A stretch of 64,000 bases of DNA from Lachnospiraceae bacterium (GTDB lineage Bacteria > Bacillota > Clostridia > Lachnospirales > Lachnospiraceae). Location: the NCBI GenBank assembly GCA_024403485.1, contig JAKSRT010000002.1, positions 22,331 through 86,330 on the forward strand. Direction: 5' to 3'. The notes under the pieces were generated by a model, which worked only from the letters and a program-made list of their open reading frames with translations, searched no databases and had not been told where the DNA came from. The translations under genes and the position numbers were made by a program. The first letter of the stretch is position 1. Each line of letters starts with the position of its first letter. Of this stretch, positions 1-9,100 are shown piece after piece.

Positions 1-1
1 A

Positions 2-1318
2 GCAAATCTGTTCAGGCTTCCCTACCTTTTTGCTATACCGGCATACGGTATATATTATTACAGAAATATGTCCATATATACTCCTGAAGATTACGGTGTC
101 GATTTAAGCAGCTGGCACAGTGTGCTCTTGATTGCAAACGGAATTTTCCTTATTACTTTTATTGATACATACCTTAGATTTAAAGATAAGGAAAAGAGAA
201 CAAAGCTTGACTGGTACGGAATTGCCACCTTTTCTGTAGGCGCAGTTTTACTTGGAATCAATTACAACTATTCAAGACTGTTTCTTTTTCCGCTTCTTGC
301 TTTATTTACAACCGAAATGACAAAAAAGACCTGGAGAAAGTTTGTTGATGCTTTTTCGATAGGCTACTATTTGGCTTTTCTTTATGTGTTTACCAATTCC
401 TACATGGTGGATCGAACGCTGTTTAAGGGACATTATTACGGTACATTTTTAAATGTGGCAACCGGTTCGGCGTTTTGCGTAGGTGCGTTTGTATGTGCAA
501 TATACGGCATTTTGAGGGCTAAAGAATTAAGATGCAGGATATTGACAGTCGTTTCGTGTATTTTAATACCCTATCCCTTGTTTGCTATCGTTTTGTTTAA
601 TGAAAGAAGCGGATATCTGGCTGTATTTATGGTAATTGCATTTCTGGCGATTTTCTTTAGATTCGATTCTGGCAAAGTTGCAGGATGGAAGAAACGTGCT
701 GTTATAAGTGCCTCAGTGCTTCTTGTAATTGCAACTGTGTCTGTTATAGGGCTTATTCTTTTTACCAAGGCCAATACCGGTGCATTAAAGGAATTTTTGC
801 GTGAAAACGTAAGCGAATATTTGGTAGATACGGTGGACATGTATACAAGAAGAGCGGAAAGTCTTCTTTATAAGGGCTCCTACCTTCATATAATCCCTGA
901 AAACAGCTGGTTAAATCCGATTGATAACCTTTCGTCGTGGAGAATTTCTTACTGGATTAACAGTTTTGAAAGAACTACCCTTTGGGGAGATGGTTTACTG
1001 TATGTGGGTAATGACTATTTTGAAAGCACAAACCCGCATTCCACTTTTGTTTCAGCTTACAGAATGTACGGTTATGTAGGTGGAACTATCTTCTTTATTT
1101 GGGCAATTTTCACTTTTGTTTATGTTACAAGAAAAGTGCTTAAAGGAAATACAGATTTATCATTCACGTTTCTTTGGACTGTATTTTTTATGACCTACAG
1201 CCTGGTGGAGACAGCGCTTTGGAGCTACATAATGGGATTTACGTTCCTGGTAGTTTTGTATCCGCTGGGTAAGAAGTTTAAGGCAGAAGAAAATGAAGAA
1301 CTTGCTTTGGAGGAATAG
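2..1318 (+). CDS. O-antigen ligase/polymerase (Wzy_C/WaaL)-like polytopic membrane protein, 5'-truncated by the window edge
   Basis: The frame is open from nt 2, so the start is probably upstream of the window. It has many TM segments, an 'ERSGYL' motif, and a large loop 'LSSWRISYW...LWGDG...NPHST...YGYVGG' resembling the SGR-W/GxG/H-N pattern of Wzy_C. Confidence 0.6.
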   Translation, partial: ANLFRLPYLFAIPAYGIYYYRNMSIYTPEDYGVDLSSWHSVLLIANGIFLITFIDTYLRFKDKEKRTKLDWYGIATFSVGAVLLGINYNYSRLFLFPLLALFTTEMTKKTWRKFVDAFSIGYYLAFLYVFTNSYMVDRTLFKGHYYGTFLNVATGSAFCVGAFVCAIYGILRAKELRCRILTVVSCILIPYPLFAIVLFNERSGYLAVFMVIAFLAIFFRFDSGKVAGWKKRAVISASVLLVIATVSVIGLILFTKANTGALKEFLRENVSEYLVDTVDMYTRRAESLLYKGSYLHIIPENSWLNPIDNLSSWRISYWINSFERTTLWGDGLLYVGNDYFESTNPHSTFVSAYRMYGYVGGTIFFIWAIFTFVYVTRKVLKGNTDLSFTFLWTVFFMTYSLVETALWSYIMGFTFLVVLYPLGKKFKAEENEELALEE

Positions 1319-2699
1319 AAGCCTCGATAACAAAAATAGAATAATGATCGTAATGCTGGCCGGAATTTTTGTCCGGCTTCTTTACGTTATGCTTATGCCG
1401 GTTACTCAGTTTGCACAATATGATATAGGAACGGTGGATATTGAAAATAATGTGCTTACCGGACACCTTGGATATGTATTCTGGCTGGTAAAATATCATG
1501 CTCTTCCCAATTTTGATCCAAGACTGGTTTACCAGTTTAATCATCCGCCGATTCATCATATTTTAAGCGCGATATGGGTAAGCTTTATTGCTCTTTTTAC
1601 GGATAGCACCGCGGCTTTAAAAGAAGCAGCACAGTATGTTACCTTTGTTTACTCTGCGCTGACTTTGTTTTTCTTTTCAAAATTACTTGATGAGACAAAT
1701 GCAGGTGAAAAGGGTAAGCTTTTGGCAATGATAATATTTGCCTTTCAACCTACACTTATTATGACTGCCGGATCTCTTAACAATGACGGTGCAGGACTTA
1801 TGTTTCAGGTGCTGTCGGTTTGGCTTACATTAAGATGGCACAGAACAAAATCTTATAAAGACATAATCGGAGTTGCATTGGCCATCGGTTTAGGAATGCT
1901 TTCAAAGCTATCGGCGGGCCTGGTTGCCGTACCTATAGGTGTGTTGTTTATTTTTGATTTTGTTGATGAATGGGTTAAAAGTAAAAAGTTCCCTGCAAAA
2001 AGAATGGTGCAGTATATTTGCTTCGGAGCCGTTTGCTTCCCGATTGGTCTTTGCTGGGTAATCAGGTGCTATGTAAAATACGGAATGCCGTTTACATACA
2101 TTGCATTTCTTCCGGATACCAGTCCGCAGTATGTTGGTATGTATTCCGGTTTTCAGAGAATGTTTTTGCCTAATCCCATAGAATTTATTAAGAATTTGTC
2201 CCATGGAAGCATTGGAATGGGTTGGAATATCTGGGTTCAAATGTTTAGAACCTCCGCTCTTGGTGAGTGTGATCTGGCAGCGTTCCCGATGGTTGGAAAA
2301 CTTATTTGCCTTGCGGCAATGTTAATCAACTTAGTAGTAGCTCTTTGGACATTTGTTGCCTTTTTTAGGGAGTTTGTTTTGCTGCCGTGTTTTGGTAAAA
2401 GCAGAAAAATAACCGATTCCGACAATGTCGGTATCGGTTATCGTGAAAGAATCTTCTGGATTCTTAGCTGGCTTGTTATGATGTACTCCTATTTTTCATT
2501 TGCATATACATATCCTCATGAATGCAGTATGAACTTTAGGTACGTTCAGTTTGCAATAATACCTCCGCTTGTGGCGATAAGCGCTCGTACCAAAGAAAAA
2601 GAGGAAAACGGGGTATTTAAAATTGCGAGAAATATTATTACTTACGCATATGTTTTGTGCTCCATTTCCATTGTTGCTATTTGGTGTGTTTGTGTGTAA
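1293..2699 (+). CDS. GT-C fold membrane glycosyltransferase (GT39/ArnT/PMT_2-like)
   Basis: 468 aa with ~11 TM segments; first loop 'QYD...GHLGY...YQFNHPPIHH', 'SLNND' and 'GLGMLSKLS', typical of lipid-linked sugar transferases. Confidence 0.7.
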   Translation: MKNLLWRNRSLDNKNRIMIVMLAGIFVRLLYVMLMPVTQFAQYDIGTVDIENNVLTGHLGYVFWLVKYHALPNFDPRLVYQFNHPPIHHILSAIWVSFIALFTDSTAALKEAAQYVTFVYSALTLFFFSKLLDETNAGEKGKLLAMIIFAFQPTLIMTAGSLNNDGAGLMFQVLSVWLTLRWHRTKSYKDIIGVALAIGLGMLSKLSAGLVAVPIGVLFIFDFVDEWVKSKKFPAKRMVQYICFGAVCFPIGLCWVIRCYVKYGMPFTYIAFLPDTSPQYVGMYSGFQRMFLPNPIEFIKNLSHGSIGMGWNIWVQMFRTSALGECDLAAFPMVGKLICLAAMLINLVVALWTFVAFFREFVLLPCFGKSRKITDSDNVGIGYRERIFWILSWLVMMYSYFSFAYTYPHECSMNFRYVQFAIIPPLVAISARTKEKEENGVFKIARNIITYAYVLCSISIVAIWCVCV

Positions 2700-2724
2700 G
2701 TAAGTTAGAAATTCAATAAACATA

Positions 2725-2893
2725 AAAGACAATATCACCTTGTATGCGGTATGGGAAAAGGATGAATACAACGTAACATATGTGATGAACGGAGTAGTGG
2801 CAGATGTTGTGGAAGGCTAATAACTAAAGTGTAGGAAAGAAATACAGAGAAAAAATGAGGAAGGACTCGGATGAATAATCCGGGTTCTTCTTT
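2725..2893 (+). repeat. 169-bp composite direct repeat of the 3' end and terminator of the downstream 2574-aa gene
   Basis: 2725-2815 = 10612-10702 with one mismatch (A2771/G10658). 2809-2893 = 10857-10941 exactly. The two parts are joined at the 7-bp microhomology GTGGAAG. Confidence 0.97.
2857..2893 (+). terminator. Intrinsic terminator-like hairpin (duplicated copy)
   Basis: GAGGAAGGACTCGGAT-GAATA-ATCCGGGTTCTTCTTT forms a stem with G-U pairs and is identical to 10905-10941. Confidence 0.65.
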
Positions 2894-3066
2894 GACAATT
2901 AAAGTTTTTGAGAGTTTGACATAAAAAGAATGCTTATCAACATGTTTGATCACTCTAATTTCGTTAAAATGATAACCGTTTATTAACAATGCACAAATAC
3001 GATTGTGCACTATAAACAAATCAGAATAGCCTCATTAGTCATAGTAGCGAAAAATATTTCGCCTTA

Positions 3067-3095
3067 TTGAACATAAAATGGAAATGATGTTTAAT
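3067..3095 (+). promoter_or_regulatory. Putative sigma-A promoter for the large surface-protein gene
   Basis: TTGAAC-N17-TTTAAT; RBS AAGGAG before ATG 3151. Confidence 0.4.
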
Positions 3096-3150
3096 AATTT
3101 TGGGTAGTTTTATCTAAACTTACGAATGCAATAAATATATTAAGGAGAAC

Positions 3151-6100
3151 ATGATGAGAAGACTAAAACGTAGCTTAGCATTTTTGTTGGCAATGTTAAT
3201 GTTGATTGGCGAAACGTCTCAGGCTTTTGCTTCAGATGTCGATGACAGTGATTTTGCGCAATATGATGTGATTGAGCAGATGCCCGAGGAATCGGTACTT
3301 GAGGAAGAGATTGAGGAAGATATCTCGGAAGTGACAGAAAATGTAATCGAAGAAGGGGAAACAAGCGAAATCGATGGGGATGAGTTGATAACCGGTATCG
3401 AGGTTGATGCTGCGGGTGCTGTAGGTGCAGCCGGAAGTGTTGATTTTAGCGAATATCCGACGCTTAGCGGTTGCCAGACCGAATATTGGTATAAGATTGA
3501 CTCAGCTCTGAATATTAATCAGGAAACATATATTCAATTTAGCGACGGAAGCAGTTGCTTAGCGGAGAAATCTAACTATGATTTTTCGGATTGCCTATAC
3601 ACAGCAGCAGGGGAACTTGCCGAAAGGGATGAAAATGGATTTTACGCTCCCGGAGATTATTATTTTATCGGAGAGGTTTATGAGCATCATGATGATGATT
3701 CATCACCTGAGGTTTGTGTGGGAATTACCATTAAGCCGTTAGATGAGACACCAACGTTACCGTTGGATGATTTTATTGCTATCCATGAAGTCCCACAGTA
3801 TTACCAGATTGCTGGAGATAAGGAGCATGTATATACTTTTCAATTTAAACCCGCGATCAAATTGGATGTTTATGACATAAATGGTGATGTTGTGTCTAGT
3901 GATACGGCTGATTTTATTGTGTTTAGTCCACAAGAATCAGGTATTTACTACTTGCGGATGGAAAGTGATAGCTATGAAGGTATTTTTCCGTTACCTTCTG
4001 GTAGAGTGACTGATGATATTAAGGCTTCATCGGTAGTGATAGAGGATAGAAGATACAGTAGTAATTTCTACAGAAGGCTTCAAAGACTGGATTTTCCGGG
4101 ACTGGTTATAAAAACATATAATGATGGCACATTAATGCATAGGTATGTTACTGGTCCTGAAGAATTTGGAGGTGACAATTTTAATATACATTATCGCGTA
4201 TTCGATGCAGAAAAGAATCCGCTTGGTACTGTGTATGAAGTGTCGATGCAACCGGGTACATATTATGCACAGGTAGTCGTAGATGGTGTATATTCCGATG
4301 AACTGCTACAGTTTACTGTACTCGGGTTGGACGAAGTTCAAGAAATTAAGCCGGGCGAGTCTATTTATTTGTATGGTTCGGAACATTCGTATGTCGGAAC
4401 TTCCAAACAGGTTGTAAAGAAGGAGTTTCTAAAGGTTGACGCTGAGCTGGGAAAAACTTATAAATTGAGAGTTTCAGGCAATTCTACGTTGTACTCGGAT
4501 TTTTATTATTTTAACAACTCCGATGCTCTTTGCATCGGCAAATGGTACAACGATGTTTCTTCAACCGATAAGGAGATAACATTTACGTATACAGGAGACG
4601 ATAAGTATACTACTGTGGAGGAAAGTCTGACTGTATATCTTGAAGTTTATGTTGATGGCGACTGCAAGGTCAGTTTATTCGAGGGAGATGAAGAACTAGA
4701 TGAAGAACTAGATGATTCCGCCACACTTACAGGTTATCAAAGCGAATATTGGAGTGGTCTTGACGGAACACTTCGTAATAACTGGTCTGAAGAAGACGAG
4801 AACGGTGATTGGATTGATGTATTTAGCGGAATGGATATCTTGTATAAAACGCTAACCGTGACGTTGAGTGACGGAGAGGAAATTGCCATTCCCGAATACG
4901 ATTATGGTAGTGTGGGCTGGAGTTCATGCCGATTCGATATTTATAAAGACAAGGAATGTACCGAAGAGTATACAAACGACTCGGGAATTGTTGAACCGGG
5001 CACATACTGGATTAAGTATGAGTATGAATATGACGGAGAGTATAGAAATGCTTCAGCTCCTATTGTGGTAAAGAGCCTTAACACATTGCCACAGTTAAAT
5101 AAAGAAAATATTAGAGAATCGTTAACTGAAAATTGTGAAGCCCATTATTTTGCCGTTCCTAATGATGGTAGTATTTACTCTCTACTTTTTTCTATGAAAA
5201 GCGGAAATGTTTGGGCCGATTTTTATGATGTGGACAGGAATCGGATAGGCGGCATAGATATCAATTCCGGTTCGGGTAATGCTAGAGTACCATCAAAATG
5301 CAGATATTTGTCCGTGACAATGTATCCAGAAACGGTTCTTACCGGAGATATTGAGGTAACAAAAGAGGCTAAAATTACTTCAATCATAAAGGAACAAAAT
5401 CCATATGATACCCAGTTTTATTACGGAATTGATTATATATCCAACCGTAGTTTTGATGGATTAAAAATTAAAACCAATACAGGAAGAAAATATTTTGCCG
5501 AATCCACTTATTTCGGTGGAGACGGTCGGGGATTCTTTAGATATGAAATACTAAATAAAGATACAGAAGAAGCAGCAGAGCGGGATGATAGTTACAATTA
5601 TCCTGTGGGAGATTATATTGCTAGAATATATGTTGATGAGGCCTCTATAGATTTGGACATTTCAATTGTTGATCTTTCCAAAGTTCCTGAAATACCGAAT
5701 GATTCTGATAATATGCTCAGTCTCACAGGCAGAAAAGTAGAATATGCCCATGAAAACGGCACAAATGCTTATGCAATTGGACAGTGGGTTAAAATGGACG
5801 TTGTAGGTGGAGAAATATACAAAATTCACATCCGTTCTGAAGAAAAAAATGCTTTGAGCTTTGACGGATCATATTATGCGATTGATGGTAGTGATATTCG
5901 CAGTATGTACAATTGCGTGAATGCAGTTTCAGGAGACAAAAATGCGACAATTATGGTTGATGATGACTATGAGGGTCCGCTATATATCAAAATGAATGTT
6001 TGGGAAGACTGTGAAATATATTACGAGCAGATAAAAACTGTCAAAAATATAGAAATTCTCGAACAACCAGCGATTAATGAGTCATATGAATATTGCGAAA

Positions 6101-9100
6101 GTTACATGGTTCGCCCCATTGGAGCAAAGCTTAGGGTAACATATGAAGACGGAACCTTTGATGATGCTATATACGAATCAGATTATATTAATAACTTTTC
6201 TGATTTGGGAATTAATTATTACTTAGTTGATAGCTCAGGAAACCGAATTAATACTGTCTCTTTCGGCGATAGATGGGGTTATAGAGCAGGTAATCATAAG
6301 CTTGTTTTTTCGGCAGGAAGTGCTACATGTTCCTACGATTATTTGATAAAGCCTTTGGCGGATATTCCGGAGGTTTCTGTAGGTGAGAATCATACGGTTT
6401 TGCAAACGGAAATAACTGATCAAGACGGTGATTATTATTATTCGACCACTATCCGGGATGAGCGTATAAAAATTAATTTGAACGCTGGCGATTATAGGAT
6501 GGATATTTCGCCCAATGTATATACCGGAGTGCATATATATGATGCTTATGGCAATTCTATAGGAAATCGCATGTACTCATCATCGGTAATATATTTTAGT
6601 ATTGCAGAGGCAGGAACATATTATATTGATTTCAGTAGTAATGAAAGAAATGTTGATGTATCCATAAATGAAAGCAAAAGACCTATAAAAATTGAAGTAA
6701 CTAAAAATGACTTCAAGAAGCAGATTATGTATGGATTTGACAGTCCGTCATGGTTGTGTTGGAAAAGTGACACCGAAATTTCGATAACGTTTTCTGATGG
6801 AACAAAAGAGGTGAAATCTGTAAGAGATTCATCAGTAAATGTTAGCGAGAGAACTGTAGATGGTAGGTATATTTCAAGTGATATTTATAATAACTATCCT
6901 GTAGGAAACTATGTATACAGAATATCGCTTGAGGGAGCCGATGAAGTGTATACTATAGTTCCGTTTTCGATTATTCCGATTAAATCTACAGGTGAGTTGA
7001 AAGTTGGTTCAAGTATCAGCCTTATGTGCAACATGGAAAAGCATGTTTATGAGTGGGGCGGTATCTACTATCAATTTAACGAGGGTAAAAATACACCGCA
7101 TATTGTTTCCTTGAATTTGACTGCAGGTGAAACTTACTCAATTCAGCCAAGTGTGACAGGGGATGGAAGTTTTGATTTGTATTCTCCTGCTATCGAACAA
7201 TTGTATAGTTATATATATGGCGGCCTTGTATTTACCGCACCCACATCCGGAACCTATTACTTAAAAGTCAGAACACCCGGTGCAACCTATACTTGTGAAA
7301 AGACAGAATCATTAAAATCGGTTAAGGTAATCAGCGGACCCAGAAACAGTGTTATTGCAGAAGGAAACTATAACGGTAATCCATTATATTCGGACGGTGC
7401 AACATTTGAGTTTGAGTATGCAAGCGGTGAAAAAGAACTGGTAGAGTATGGCGATGATACCTGGAAGGCATTTGGCGCTAATGTAGACTATTGGCTTTAT
7501 GATGATGATGGAAACCGTATGGAGGTGGAGGAGAATGACTGGATTTACAGTTTTGAAGCCGGAAAGAATTATTACTGGTCAATATACATTCCGGGATACG
7601 ACGGTGAGATAGTCGATAAAGAGAAGATGGAAGTGCGATGTGTTCCTAAGGACGCATCTGAAGTACATTTAACCGTGGGAGATAAGAAGGTAATTCCCAT
7701 TGATGCAGATGGTTTCCAGACCGGATCATCAATGTACTTTATGGACCTTGAACCCGGAAAAAGCTATATTTTCAGAGCTAATCTGAGCGGAGAAGATTAT
7801 GGTACTTCCTGTGCTATATATTCTTATGTGGGCGATGTAGTAGAGCAAAATCATTATGTTGGTGACTCATATCGAAATTCAGGGTGGGGATTCATAGCAG
7901 AAGAAGGCTGTACTTATTATGTTCGTGTTAGTACCTTTGGTTGGGGAACAACTGATTTTTACAACGATGGAAGCTGCACACTGCTTGTAGAAGAAGCGGA
8001 TTTGATTACATCGGTAAAGAGCAACGGATACAGCCAGAACAAGTTTGCGTATGGAGTAGATGCAGTTGAACCCATAGATGCAGCCTTTACTGTTACAAAG
8101 AAGCATTATGAAGGCAAAAATGCAGACGGAAGCGATAATTATTCCGAATATGAAGCTACTATCGGAAACAGTGATTTTGAGGCAGAAGGAATTTTGGTAT
8201 ATGGTATTTACACAACATCGAAGACCTACCCCAAATATGACAGTTACGGAAGATTACCGAAGGGGACATATATATTTGCGTACATAATCCCCGGAATGAA
8301 TGAGCTTTATTTTGATACAGAGCATCCGATTACAGTTGTAGATTGTGTAAAGAGCTACAAAGTAGTCTTTAACTCAAACTTCCCGGATGAGATTAAGGAT
8401 GTAGCACCTGTAAGCCAAACTATCGGAACCAACGCAGAGGCAGTCCTGACAGCAAATAAATTCAAGTGCACAGGCTATGACTTTGTGGGTTGGGCAACAG
8501 ATCCCGACGGAGATGTTGAATTTGCTGACAAAGATGTGGTATTCCAGCTGTCTACAGAGGGAGAAACCATAAATCTGTATGCGAAGTGGGAGCTTTCAAA
8601 CTATAAGATTAATTGGCACTTATCAGGAGGTAGCTTATTAGTACCTGTAGATAGCACTTATACAATGAAGTCTGCGACCATGGCATTACCCACTAAAGTG
8701 CAGGTAGAAGCAATAGAAGGCTTCGAGTTTGCGGGTTGGTTTAAGGAAGCGGAATATAAGACAGAAATAACAGAAATAACAGCAGGTTCTATTGGCGATA
8801 AGGATGTATACGCAAAGTGGAGACCCAAGTCATATAAAGTTGTTTTTGAAGGTAACGGAAATGAAAAGGGCGGTGCCACAAAGGATCAGACTGTATATTA
8901 CGGAATAGATGCCACATTAAATGCAAATGGATATAAATCAGCAAAGGCATTTATGTACTGGTCATATGACGCAGCAGGTGAAGAATACGCTGCAGCCAAT
9001 AAGGGAAGCCTCAGAATTGACAATCCTATAACCATGAGCAAGGTGCTTAGCGAAACAGATGCGCTTGGAAATACTGTAGAAGTATTGCATTTGTATGCTC

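Noticed and set aside
4687-4715. 12-bp tandem repeat GATGAAGAACTA (~2.4 copies)
   Set aside because: It is an in-frame linker duplication (DEEL) and cannot cause frameshift phase variation.
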